Shown: one piece after another, positions 23,001-38,000 of the stretch
Layout: each line of letters starts with the position of its first letter
Numbering within the stretch: position 1 is the stretch's first letter
Assembly (NCBI GenBank): GCA_040954595.2
Contig: CM082590.2
Location: 7,440,001 to 7,504,000 of the forward strand
Length of the DNA: 64,000 nt
Direction: 5' to 3'
Origin: Balanoglossus misakiensis
Lineage: Eukaryota > Animalia > Hemichordata
Translations under genes and position numbers: made by a program
The notes under the pieces: model-generated
Database searches by the model: none
Seen by the model: the letters and a program-made list of their open reading frames with translations, nothing else
Told to the model about the DNA's origin: nothing

Positions 23001-26000
23001 TATTTTTTGGCTACCCCAACCCCTTACATCACACCATTACTATTTGCTACACCTCACAGAATTTCAAGAGTCTGTTTCCTAATATTTCATTCAAAATCTA
23101 AACTCTTTCAAACAGGAAGTTCATTTAAGGCCACGCGAAAACGATCACACACCTAGAAGTCACACCCTCAAAATATTCAAAATATGAAAAAATACCAAAC
23201 AACCAGGCTAAAATGTTCTGATGTGGGTGTGGGGAGAAAATCTCATGGTCAAGGTCATGAAGCAAAGGTCTGTTAGACTGGGCGATGGGCCGTGATGGCA
23301 CCTGTTAAAATGTCAAGGTTGGATTTAATTTACGACACCGGTATTTGTATCAGACATGCGCATCTTTCAACCTTTCAACTCATGGTTCAGTCCAAACTCA
23401 TTGTTTTCTACGGTAAGGTTGGACCTCTGAAGAGGGATACGGGGGTGGGAGGGTTAATTAATGAAGGAACTGTGACAAGCATCCGTGGGAGGGTTAACAA
23501 TACAACTAGGTGTGTCATCGTGCAATGATGAGAAGTGGGATGATAGTGATGTCACCACCCCCTTGAAACAATTCACATCGCAGAATTAACGACCTCTGAA
23601 CGTTATAGCGCCACCAACGTCCAAACATAGTTAGGTTTTCGTCCCCCCACCACCAAATTGACAGAAGGGTTTTTAATCCATGTCTATGTGGGTTTTTTTG
23701 CTGTAGAGAATTTGTAAGACTTCAAGTGTATATGGAAGAATATATAAAGGATGAGATATACTTGTTTTCTGACTCTTGGATTCTTCGTTGGTTGCTGTGA
23801 TTTTGACTTGACAATCACATTGGACATCTCTCCAATATTATGAGGATCAGATCAGTTGCCTGGTTTCACAGTCAACAGAGTACAAAGTTCCACCAAAGGT
23901 CAACTCACAGAGAAAGGATGATTGTCTACATGTAACTTTAATCAGTGTACGAAGTCTATCCATGGTTGGAATGGAAAAGTTAGATTTTTGCTACAATGTT
24001 GCAAATAGAGAGGGGAGTTGTTACAATGTTGCAAATGTGGGCTAGATTATTGTTACAATGTTCCAAAATAGAAGGGAAGTTATTACAATGTTGCAATGGG
24101 TATATTATTGTTACAATGTTTCAAATGAAGTGGAATTGTTGTTACAATGTTGCAAATGTATAGATTGTTGTTTCATCAGAAAGTCTTCTAATATAGAGTC
24201 CCCTAAAGTGTACCAACTCCATATACTTGGCACTTGTCAGCTATACTATTCTCTAAATTGGATTTCAAACAGATTAACCTTATCACCCCTGTTTCCATCT
24301 TTAGAAGTCCAACTTTCATGTCGAAAACAATGGATTTGGACCTAACCATGGTGGTGAAAGGGTTAAAGCATAAACTATCAACAGTCCAGCTCAGTTATCA
24401 TCTTAGCAAATTATTTCCAGTATGACAACAGATTTTTAATCAAAGTTGCCGTGTCAAACTGATTATAATTACAGAATCACATCGTCAAACAAACCAAAGG
24501 TTGGCCAAAGCTGAAGGTGGCAGCGATACAGTTATCTTTGGACCAGGACTTTGTTTTATCTGGGTTTTTATCCCGATACAGATAAGTGCATAGTCCACAA
24601 GGCACGTGCCTACGAAATGCCACGTTTCTTTTTAAGGGAGAGCCATTTGATTTCTGGGGGTGGGGTAGAGGATTAAGGTACGTCAGTCATTTTTTTTCAT
24701 ACAATGTTAAAACATTTTTTCTATTGCCATTAATATTTTTCATCAAGGCACTGTAGAAGAATTGATTTTTCCTCAGCACTCCCTGCCAATAGTTTGTTTC
24801 AAAAATCATCCTTCTGCCCCCCCCCCCCTAAACAAATGGTTCTCCCCTTATACAATGCTATACATATGTGCCTGAACTTCATCCTGATCAAGGTCATTGT
24901 CATGGCAACACAATACAACAATCCCCACGAGGAACAAACTAGTACAAAGTTAATCAATTTTCTTTTCAATTTTGCATTTATTATTTGATCACGAACACAT
25001 TTATTTTAAGAACAGTAACAGCTGACCTAATACTAATATCCATTCTTAAGTGGGACACACATACTAGTATACCTGTACATAAAATGGGAAATTTTCACGA
25101 CACGAAATTTTTTGATATCAAAAGAGGCAACTGTTACGCGACTATTAATACAAAAGGGTTAAAGGGACAAAGTCTCTTTCTCACTGCCCTTTTTCCATTA
25201 ATTATGTTTGATACAAGACACTGTTTATGATAATGTACATGTGGATATATTGTGAATCAACGTTCAACCACACACAACTTCCATCCTGCTTGTAGACACG
25301 AGAGTGAAAAACTCGCCAAAATGAATTAAAGGTAAACACCAATTATTCATTTTGGGCGAGGTTTTACTCTCATAACACTGAACATATAAGCACAGCTACA
25401 GGGACTGTGACAAGACAGACACAACTACATGTATAACCCATTCCTTGCCTACCATACATTCTGAGCTGTCAATCGTACATGTAAGTACGTCAAAGATTTT
25501 GACGAGGTGAACAGTCATCCAAACATTTTTATGAACGCTGACTTTTTATACAGCCTCGGTCCATAAACATAAACCACACATAACTTGGATAGACAAAATA
25601 AAATTTAATATTGACTCAAAATGGTCTTGTTTTAAACCGTTCTACGACCTTTCTGTCCTTTCTGAGCAAAACAGAAATCTACAGCCATCAAAGTTCAAGA
25701 TTTTAAGACATAAGTAATGATAAAACATACTTAATTATTCATTCTCGTTGCAATTTATTTTTGTGAGGTGTCTTTATGCCTTTAAGACAACTGCCATTAG
25801 GATAAGTTTTCACAGCAGGATTGAGTTTCCTACAGATACATGTACCAGACCTCAATAATCCAAGTTTCTTAAATTCCAATTTTTCCCGGGAATCTTCCTT
25901 AACTCTACCATTTATTCATTTTGGCGAGATTTTTACTCTCATATCCTACAAACAGGATGGAAGTTGTGTGTGGTTGAACGTTGATTCACTATATATCCAC

Positions 26001-29000
26001 ATGTAGAATAACATAAACGGTGTCTTGTATCAAACATAATTGATGGAAAAAGGGCAGCGAGAGAGAGACTTTGTCCCTTTTAAGGGTATTCCAGTAGTAT
26101 TTGAGGTTCAAAGATGCTATTATGATAGCAGAAAAATTTGCGTACTCAATACACATTCAACACACCCCCACACTGAAACGTCAACCTGGGCTTGGCAACA
26201 CACCAGTGTAAACTGAGAACAAATTAACCCACAAAACACTGGAGATACAGTTGAATGGTGATTGTGTAGTAAGTAATATCACCTGTTCAATTGTGTTGAC
26301 GGGGGCGAGATTCGTGTCGGATTCTAGGTACGTGACACATTTCTAGCATTGATAACCAAACAGAGTGGCTAGACACCACACACACAAAAAACACATAAAT
26401 TACTGAAGCTTGTATTACCACCACCCTAGGCAGACATCTGAAAAGCCACCAAAACACAAAACAAACAGCCCCTCCCATAGCATACAACACAAGTACTGTA
26501 AAACACTTTATTTTCGCGAGCAGTTAATTTTCGCCAAATACGCGAGAGCCAAAATAGCATGAAAATAAAAAGTCGCGTAAATTGTTTTTGAAGATAACGA
26601 TGCAGTGAATGAAATAAGAGAACGCGAAAAATGATACTCGAGAAACAGTGGCCTCTCTCGATATCGCGAAAATTCCAACTCGCGAAAATAAAGTGTTTTA
26701 CAGTAAATGCTACTGCTTACAGACATGCTGACCAACAAAACGCACATAAATTTTCTTCTCAGACGTAACAACAACCAAGACACAAAACGCCCTCTATTTG
26801 GGACCCCGACCATCTCGCTGATTCACGTACAACATGCTAACAATTTCAACAAGTAGCTGACTTAAAAAGTTTCAATAAATTCTCAGTACACTGATATGAC
26901 TTGGCCAGAAATCAAATTGTTGCAGATTTGGGCGGAGCACAAAAATCCAACACGTCAACATTGTTTACGTTGACAGATCTGGACTTTCATATACTGTACA
27001 AGGAAATGGGGTCAAAAATCAAGTGATAAACCAATGAGATAATGGTCAAACCAAGTTTCAATGAACACCAGACACCTGGATAAAAACTACATCTTTGTCA
27101 AATAGCGTCATATCCTACTATTGCCTGTGTGTCGGTGTAAACTAATGCAATAACATCAATGACTGGCATACCAATATCTTAATACAATAAAGGGACAATC
27201 ATTCAGTTACTAACTTTTGACATTATTTAGCTTTTTATTTTATTCTGACAGGCTATATTATTTATACTGTTCTGCTCACTGTCAAAGTAAAACCAAACAA
27301 AGTGTAACTGCTACAATGTACATCATTGCCAATGATGTGGTTGTTACTTTGTATTACACTGTAGTGTAATAGCTACAATGTACACCGTCACAAATAAAGT
27401 GATTGTTACTTTGTATTACACTGTAGTGTACCTGCTACAATGTACATCATTGAGAACAATGTGGTTGTTACTTTGTATTACATTGTACATTATGGCAAAC
27501 AATATACCAATACTTTTTATCATGTTCCCAAGTTACTTGTGAGTGTGACATAATTTGTATCAGTTGACAGGGTCTCCCTGAACAATGGTAACACTGCTGA
27601 CGGTCTTATAAACAGGAAAGTCGCACATGTGCAGTGCAAGTGAGTGGATATGAATGAAAAATAGGAAAAAAACAGAAACTGCATATCCCTTAATATAACA
27701 GTCTTGCTGTAACATCAGTCATTGATTCTAACTTATGAACAAGATCACAGAGAGGATTCTAAATCACCCCTGTAATATGTATCAGTAAAATGTATCTAGC
27801 TATCATTACAAATCATTCAGTCTATATTAACTTTGGACATCAATGATTAAAAAAGATGAACAGACTGGCTGTAGTCATAGGATTTAATTTGAAAAAGAAC
27901 TACCAGTAATTTTTTGACATATATATATACATGTATGTTTGAAAATAAATTTGTATTTGGTTTGAGTTTAAATATTTGTACTTGTAAACTCTCTGCATTA
28001 AATACTTCAGAAATATTAATTTGTATTTCTCTCTGTCTCTTTCTCTCACCCATCCCCTCTCCGTAAATTTTAATCCATTTACAAATTAGCACTAAATAGA
28101 CACATGTACATTGATAATCAAAGCATTCATCTGTTGCACTTAGAGGTCGACCAGAAATATCTTTTGTGCATCCCTTATCTAGTCGAGAATGACTCATTCC
28201 GAAGTTTCTACGAGTGACATCATCGCATCTGACCTTTGACCTCTCCGTTTGTCTCACTAAGATTATCAGAGATGCTACCCTGTACCAGGCATGTCCTCTC
28301 CAACACAAACACCTGACACAAAGCGATATAAATATGTTTCATGCGAGTTGTGCTTAATGATCAACTTAAATACATGTCAGATTAACTAATTCTCTGTATG
28401 GTATATTAAATACTTGTCATAAAAATTAATAGATTGATATTTTAAACATTTTCAGGAAATCTTACCTGTTGAACATAACGATTGATGCACATACGACCTA
28501 TCACTATGGTAACAGTCTGGCAATATTCGACACAACTAAATTCTTATGGTGACACTGTCTTATTTGCATGCAATTTCAACAATACAATGTAATCAATCAG
28601 CCCAAAAATGTATCAAACTTTTAATGCTTAACTGATCTTGTGACAAATTGGTGATGACATCATTTCATAAAAAACTTGGAACTACGCCAACTTTTGCAGA
28701 CAGTTTGTGACTTAATTACACTGTGTCATTTTAAAGGGACAAAGTCTCTCTCTCACTGCCCTTTTTCCATTAATTATGTTTGATACAAGACACCGTTTAC
28801 GTTAGTCTACATGTTGATATTTAGTGAATCAACGTTCGACCACACACAACTTCCATCCCACTTGTAGACACGAGAGTGAAAAACTCGCCAAAATGAATAA
28901 TCGGTGTTTACCATTTATTCATTTTGGGCGAATTGTTACTCTCATATCCTACAACTTAGTGGGATGGAAGTTGAGTGTGGTCAAACGTTGATTCACTACA

Positions 29001-32000
29001 TATCCACATGTACCGGGTAGAATAGCATAAACAGTGTCTTGTATCAAACATAATTACAATGTAATGGAAAAGGGCAGCGAGAGAGAGACTTTGTCCGTTT
29101 AATACAGACACTATCTGCTGTATAAGAATTCAAGCGTGGGTCACTCTGAGGTCCAGTTGAATCATAGCTGACGTCAACATCACCTGTTCATGTTATCAAT
29201 GAGAAACTCGAAACCACAATACCTAAACATATGTAATATGTTACTGGGTGCAAAGCTTATCAAAACAGGAACTTTAAAATTATATTTGTGTTTAATTTGC
29301 AGTATAAATACTGTATCCACTAGACTCAATTTGAGTGATGTGCACAGATAATCCAAATAATATACTCCAGTAAGCTGCAAAATCCTGGACATGTGTCTGA
29401 GCATAATTCATTTTCCGCAATAACAATGCAAATATTACCAAAAACAATAATAGTTGTGTCCATAACTAGTCAGATAAGAATGAAAGCATTAAAAGATATT
29501 ATGTATGTACATCGATTTTGGTGGTACACATATTATATGCATATATGCATGAATAAGAACATATTTGCATTAATTAAAAATTTGAATGTACAGCTGTTAT
29601 TTATTTGATAAACTTTTTCAACAAATATTGCTTTTTTGATCGGAGTTATGTCAAATATTTTCAATATGTATACGTCATTGAAGGGGAGTAAGAAATTTTG
29701 GACAAACTTGAAATTACCAAACCTAGTTTCTTGATCTACATTTTGAAATAGGAACATTTTTTACCCAAACATGTTTTTTATTACAAGTTATAATACAAAA
29801 CCTTAATTTGATATCATGAAGAACTGTAGCTATAGGATTAGTGTTATCATGAAACTGTATTTCTGTTCAACATATCATTCTTAATACATCATAAATATGA
29901 TTTATCGTTCAGTGGTTCCAGTAACAGAAAATCTGATGTGAAATGTGAGAATCGTTTATTCAAGTTAAGTCAGTAATTTGATTTACTAGTATCTGGTTTG
30001 ACAAAGAATGCAATAACTTTTATTTGGAAAATATCTCCAAAAACAGTCCAAGTAAAATTCAGGTGTATCCCTTTGAATTCTTGTGAGGTCAAAAACAGGT
30101 TTTCAAGGTTACAAAGTAAAGATAGGAATACTAAAAGAGACATAAATCTAGAAATTACTGCAACAGTGTCATGCATAATTAATTTTTCAATGTCGAAATG
30201 ATTTGACAAAACAAGATTATCCAGTTGATTATAATCAAGTTAAATATGGATTGTATGCAAATTACTCCGAAATACAATACACAGAATTTATGTGGTTACA
30301 CATACACGAGTTCCATTTTTTCACCATCGATACATCCTGAATTTTATGATTTATTGTGTGCGAGACAAAGAGTAAAATTATTTCCAGCGGATCTCAAGGA
30401 CGTCAAAAGGTCAAAAATGACGCAACCTTCCGTCATATTTTTGAATCTTGACAAAGCCATCTATAAATGTCAGCAGTGACAGTTGGTTAAAATTCTCTGC
30501 AACATACTGTAAAACACGAGAAATTAATTTTTGCCAAATACGCAAGAGCCAAAATAGCGTGAAAATGAAAACTCGCGTAAGTTGTTTTTGAAGATAACGA
30601 TGCAGTGAATGAAATAAGAGAACGTGAAAATTAATACTCGCGAAACAGTGGCCTCTCTCGATATCACGAAAATTTCAACTCGCGAAAATAAAGTGTTTAC
30701 AGTATTGCAACATTGCCAGACAGTATGTCTCCAGTCTGGTACTTGTGTGACAAATCGCTAATGTACACACACATCTGGTCCATCAGCCAAACAAAACATA
30801 ATTTGTATCATTGATAATTCCCTAAAAAGACTAAATTCCATCTAAATTTCAAACAAGCATTTCCAAAAAAAAAAAAATCAAAACGCAACTTCTGTTTTTT
30901 CAACTATTTTCTGCAGATAAAATGTTTTCCTTTATACTCAAATATTCTGCACAATTAATAACCAGTGTTTTTGTTAAGGGCGGTACCTAGGTAAAATCTA
31001 CCGGAGTTCCCCAGTCATTTTACCGGGGTTCCCCTGGGTGTATCAATGTAGTTATATTAGCGGGTTGTAGAAATGTTACCAGGATTCCCAAATCCATTAC
31101 CAATGTTCCCCAACCCTCCATGTAGCAAAAACAATGCAATAACAAATACTCATTTTAGTTGAAAAAAGCTGAAGTTATCCATTATTAATGATCTGTTCCT
31201 CATTTTAATATACAACAAATATTTTCATGAGTAATACAGTAATTCTCTGAAGGGCAACTCAAACAAGTCTGAATCAATGACAAATTTCACAGGTTAACTG
31301 AAGATGGATATTAAATTCGTGTCTCGCAGGAACTATGATTGTCTTTTGACAAAATACGTCTAACTTCCCGTGGGAATTATCAACAAATTTCATTCACAGA
31401 GATGCAAATATCCCTGTATTTCGCATTCACAAATAGAATAAATTTCACACTTGTGTGAATTCATTGATAAGAAACTATGCATGTACAGTCAAACCTGTCT
31501 ATAGTGGCCAGTCAAGGGACTTTCCAAAACTAGCTTTTATAGACTGGTGGTCTTTATAGACAGGTCATTTGATGCACATGTGAATTGCACAGGGACTGTA
31601 ACAAAGTGGCCACTATATAGAGGTGGCCACTAACACAGGTTTGACTGTACTTTAGCTAGTACTAATTGGGGTAGTAGTTTGGCATAGTAAACTCAATGTG
31701 CAGATATCACTGAAATGACCTTACAAGTTACAAGGACGTCAATTCAAATTCTGAAGACAGAGAAGAATAAATGGATTAGCGTTACTCAGCTGAATACAAA
31801 TGAAAGAATCAATTAAATGAGGAAGATAAATGATGAATTAATGAGATAGATCTTAATCAGTGGGTTAATGCTTTTGGCTAATGAGTGTGCTTTGTCTTTG
31901 TAAAATGGTATCTCTTGAATTATAGTAGTTTTTATCAGAATTTACTGAGGATATTTTTTAACTAAAATAATCTAAAAACTAAAATAATGGTCAATCTAGT

Positions 32001-35000
32001 ATGATGATAGTAATATCATGACAACAACAATATTATTTTTAATATTAATGATATCATAATCATCATTATCATCATGAAAGTTATGTTTAAAGTCACATAA
32101 AAAATTTCACACACTATCCCTATGGGCATATTAAAGTCGGGCATTTCCCGAGGGGATTAATATAGAAATTGTCTCAAAAATATGAACGAATGATACATAC
32201 AGAACAAAAAGTAGCTGAATCAGTTTACCATGATTTTTAAGGCATGAGTTCCATTTCTATTTTACAATTCAGGATTTACCAGCAACTTATTAAATTGGCC
32301 TATTTATCTTGAGATCTAAACGACTGCATGGATTCTAAAACCGTGCTCTTTGCGTGGCTATCTAAACTTCCTGTAAACTGTACTGCCCGATTACAGAGAT
32401 ATGCTATTTTCAATGGGAATACAGCCTACGCTTTTTATTATTAGAATTTCACTAGGGTGTTTATCATTCATGTTTCTTATTGTAAAGTTTCTTTTTATGA
32501 ATTGCTAATCACTGCATTGACATTTCACGAAGGTAGCAGAACCATGACGTACAAAAAAGATCATTAGTACAGAAGAATATTCTTGCAAATTTTTCATTCA
32601 AAAAAGATCATTATCTACAGAAGAATATTCTAATAAATTTATCATTCAAAAAAGATCATAATATCTACAGAAGAATATTCTTGTAAACTTTTCGTTCAAA
32701 AAGATCATTACCTAAAGAAGAAATTCTTGCAAATTATCGTTACGTTTTAATATCTTACATTTTAATTTGAATACACCTGACAATATTTATTCTGTGTTTG
32801 AATACTCAGGAAATTAGAAATTAGAATTCGCAAGATGCCCGGAGGGATTATGAACATTCAACGATCCTTTCACCACCTTTCATCATTATGTACAAGTCCA
32901 ACTACACCATTTGAACAACAGGGTTATACCAAACACAGACAGGTGATAGGGGTGTCCAGCTTTAAAACCAAATGCCTGTAACTCTTTCACGGAATTAAAT
33001 ACAGTAATTCACGTGAATGCAATTACTTAGGTAAACCATTGACAAATTACCTTTTCAGAAATCACCATTTCAGTTCCCCAAACTCCCATCGTACATATAA
33101 TGTAAAACGGGTTATTTTCGCAAGCAATAAATTTTCGCGAAATACGCGAGAGCCAAAATGAATGTATGAATAAAAGAGGAGGATTTTACAGGAATTTTTT
33201 TAGACTCAACATAAAAGTGAAGAAACATTTTCTGATCTCAGCTGTTACTACACTCAGTCTCCTCAAATGGAAGTTTCTTATCACAACCATCTTACTTATC
33301 TTTCCCATTCCTTTTGACCTCATTCGACCCCACAATTCCCAAGGCTCCCTAACTGACATATATTTACACCAGTCATGTTGCAATAAAAGTTGACTGTCAC
33401 AGGCGAACATGCAGTCTGCACGATAACCCCTCGATTAGGGCGTGTCTGGTACCAGTGATTTGATTGGCTGTTATCGAGTTATTGGCATGTTCGTCATCGT
33501 CCGACAAACCATTTTTTACATGGGTAGGCACAAATTTTCACGCATCAAGATCAATTATTTTTTAACATTGCGTGAACAGTTTCTATCATAAATTGATATT
33601 TTTGTGAAATTTATACGCAAACTAAATATTTTCGCAATGATTTGCGAATGCTGACAACCTCTGTACGCATACCAACCCATGCGCTTAATTTTGCCTACCC
33701 TACACACAAATGGTTTACACTTCCGCCAAATTCATGTCAACACGAAGTACGCGGCACGAAGTGTGACAATTTCAAGGACTCTTGTCCTCGAACTGACCCA
33801 CTTTCTGTTATACTTGGAACATCTGAAACTTTTTCTGATTTTTTTTTCTTCTATTTGGCGTGGTCTTGCCATGAAATGAAAGAAATGACTGTGAACCAGA
33901 TTTGAATAGGTTCCTCAAATAACCACTCAATGCATTCATACATACTGACTTTTTAAAACATGTAATTTTTATCCTAAATGGTTTACATGGAACACCATAG
34001 ATATGACACCAAGCGAATTATCTATCGAAACTAATTAACTCTCCAATGAAGAAAAACGAATGGAGAGAACAAAAACGCTAGCCTAGACAAAAACGCCTAC
34101 TTTGTAACCGATCGTATACAACAGCGGCTGTGGACCCGGTTCTGGAGGCTCAGATGAAAAACATGGCCCAAACAAGCAGAGTTATGACTGATCTGTGATT
34201 AAAAACATGCATTGCCATACGTTATCCTCTAAATTCCACCCGAACTAAAGTGTAATTAGCTAAGAACACCGAGGAGATACTTCCGTATTAGTCTGCCTCA
34301 CATGAATGAGCAAATGATCTACCGTAGACAGACGCTCATTATGCATGACCTGCCACTTTCCACCAATAGACGCAGCTCTACGGTATCACATGACATTATT
34401 ATTGAGTTGATCTGCACACGTGAAAATTTCCCGCCATGTCACCAGACTTGACTTTTACGCCCATTTTTTTACCATATTGGGGCATATCTGCCAACGCAAA
34501 ACTTTATGGGGAGTGACAAATGACATGCTGCATTCAAGAAAATAAAACTGGATTGGACAATGCGGCGCTAAATGCTCACATGACTGAAATCCGGCGTGTG
34601 TCAATCAATGTTTTTTTATGGATGTCTTCAAACTCACGCGTTCCAAAACAAAATCTGGGTAGGCGGTAAACCGAGAGTGTTGCATTTTGAAGTTGAAAGA
34701 TCCCTGGAGTAAACCATGTGTCGATGTAGGGGTTTGCACTCTCCTAATGGCTCAAACGTTCGAACAAAATGGACTCGAAAATAATAGCATTTTCTATATT
34801 TTTCCTCATATTTATATTATCCTACGGGCACATCTTAGCATTTGACTGCACATTTGACTATTTTGGAATGAAAGGTAATATCAGAAGGGCATATTTTTCA
34901 TACAAGATTGCCGATATGATTTTTAGACCAAAAAGTACAACATATCAAAGAGATGCCTGTAAATCCCCCGGAAAATGCACTCTCTATTTGGTCACGCGCT

Positions 35001-38000
35001 GAGGAATCCTACGGAACCGGCAGCATCATAGGACCCGCTTACCGGGACAGTCCATGACTTCCCGAACACGATAGTAGCAGCCGTTTTTGCACAGAGGTGA
35101 CGCCAAGACCAAGATTTTGCCCTAAAATTGACAAAATATTCGGATTTTGCCCAATATCGACTAACGTAAATTGGCTACATTTCTGCCGACAGCAAGCGCG
35201 CTCAGTGAACCCAGTTGACCTGATTTTCGTTTATTTACATACTGAGGTACGTTTAATCCACATAAATCGGCAATCCCGTCTTTAGACCAAAAAGTACAAA
35301 TGTTGAAAGTCGAGTATGCTTCAAATTAAGGAATTTTAGCAACCTTAATTCAGAGTAAAAAAAATATGTTTTGAAAAATGTATATTTAACAACAAATTAC
35401 TGTACAACGTTCGTCAGACATGCAGTCGACACCTCCCATCCTCATAATAGTAAAGTCATTCTCTAGTTTACGAGAAAACCGCAACTTAAATTCGCCAATA
35501 TCGCTGGCTTTTGTTTACTTTCAATTACGCGCATGGATAACGCCTCTGTTGCGGATATTACCCGGCATTCATAGGTACCGGAAGTTGGGGCTATCGTGCA
35601 GACTGATGGGGGCACTGTGCAAAAATTTGAATGAGCTCTAATATTGCAACATTTTACCCTAAAGAAATGTTGCAATTTTCACTTCAGCAAAAAAACAGAT
35701 AAAACTTTGTAACAATGTACAATGCACTGTATATATTTTTTCTTACAGGCTTTGAATTGGCTATGCAATTTTGTTACATTTTACACAAAGATAATTCCAA
35801 ATGTGTATAAAGTACACAAAGAAAAACATCTCACAAACCACTGTGTATTAACCCTTTCACCCCCAGTTTTCTCTTCAGTGGTCCAACCTTGCCATAGAAA
35901 GCAATGGGTTTGGACTGAACAATGGAGGTAAAAGGGTTAAGAGAATCAAAATGTTCAACTCACCTGCAAAGACCAACTTGGGTTCTTGAAAGATATTATA
36001 GCCTTTATAGAAAAGTACATAACAACAGTACGCCCACGAACATGTATACCAGATGGATTTGAAGGAACTCTCTGGTGCTTTGGCCTCGTCTTCCGGATCT
36101 AGTTTGAGTCTAGCAAAGAACGGCTGTCAAGAAAAATGGAGTAAAAAACACGTAAGTTTCTAGGTGTACCATTTTGTGAAGTCTCAAGTCTTAAATAAAG
36201 TCTCTCTCTCACTGCCCATTTTCCATTATAATACGAAAGTAAAAACTCAAAATGAATAAATGGTAGAGACCGATTATTCATTTTGGCGAGTTTTTCACTC
36301 TCGTGTCTACAATTGGGATGGAAGGTGTGTATGGTCGAACGTTGATTCGCTATATATCCACATGTAGAGTAACATAAACGGTGTCTTGTATCAAACATAA
36401 TGAATGGAAAAAGGGCAGCGAGAGAGAGACTTTGTCCTGGGAGGTGTGTGTGGTTGAACGTTGATTCACTATATATCCACATGTAGAATATCATAAATGG
36501 TATCTTGCATCAAACATAATTAGTGGAAAAAGGGCAGCGAGAGAGAGACTTTGTCACTTTAAATCTAAGTACATTGTAAAAATGTAATGACAACACAAAT
36601 ATTAATCCTGTGATACTTGCGGCTGAAAATCTCAGGTATTTTAGATCATATATGAAAACACATAATCTAGCAAAATATCTAAGAAAGATAACTATGATAA
36701 TAACATGCAAAATTGATCAGTAATAAAAATAAACATACCCATCAAAAAAGTGCACAAAATTCTGAATTATGTATTGAAATGAAATGTTTTAGTATAATAT
36801 AACGATAGTAAAATGCTTCATAAGATTAGTTTTCCCATAAATAGACTTTTCCAATAACTGTTAAATTTTAATCGTCTTGGAAGTTATCAGAGGAAAGGTC
36901 AGAATAGGATAATTTCACTCAAGAAATGACATCTAGATACAATGTACTGTACTATCGTTGTATCATAGAAAATTCTCATTTCTCATGAGAAAAGTGGGTC
37001 AAACACTAATGTACCTGGGGACTCAGAGGGTTTGAGAGGTTAAATCTCTCCAAGACTGATTTCCTTCAAAAATTCAACCGCAATTACACTTGATCAAATC
37101 GGATTATTTACACTTAACCCTCTTAGTGCTGTACTGTGGTTTAATCCTGTGATTTGTCAGTGGCAAGACTGGACCAATATACAGACGAAGGGGTGTTTGC
37201 CTGTTCAAACGTGCAAATAATATATGCTTTTCAAAAATACAGTAGGTAGGTCGGGAATATTTTATATATTGTAATTTTGTGTAAATTTCCATTGCGTGTT
37301 TTATTTTAGAGAAGTTGGTTTATATATCGTATTATTGTCTAGATTTCCGTTTTACATGTATTTTAGAGAAGTTTGTCCTGCCTGCATGAAAAATTCTTAT
37401 TAAGGATCTGAAATATAAAACTTCACGTATTAAATTTTCTGTGTGTCTTTCAACTATCCACATACATTTCACAAGTCTGAGTTGCCGCGAAACAAAGAAT
37501 TTACTTACTATGGCCTAATTATCGTACACACAGACACACCTAATATCCTGGTGTAGAATTTCATATCCTGCAAGTAACACCCCTTGACTGAAAAATTCTA
37601 CTACAGGACTCAAGTACTGTATAATGTACAAACGTTTATTTTACTGGTCAATGTTGCAATATTGGTTGAATGAAAACAGCATGCCTTTCAAAAAATGTCT
37701 AAAACCGGGGCCGGTGGTGACCACGCTATGCTGATTGTGTTTGTTCATATATGGCTACATTTACAATCAATGTCTATATACAATTTTGCACGCACACTAT
37801 TACATTGATCTAAATGCAAAACAGGCATAGCATAAATAAAAGGCAAAGATTACTCAATATCCACTACCAAACTGCAACATTGTACTTTATATCAGACATC
37901 AACACTTCGCACTTTTGAACTTTTATTTAGGGGAGGGAGTTAAAATCTAAACAAATGAATTTCGTTTGTTGAATTTACATGACAATCTGAGACGGTCCCT

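Noticed and set aside
28440-28560. Strong minus-strand donor (CAG|GTAAG near 28465) as an alternative CERS1-A exon
   Set aside because: No convincing acceptor or recognisable frame, and exons 2 and 3 already join in phase with the expected sequence.
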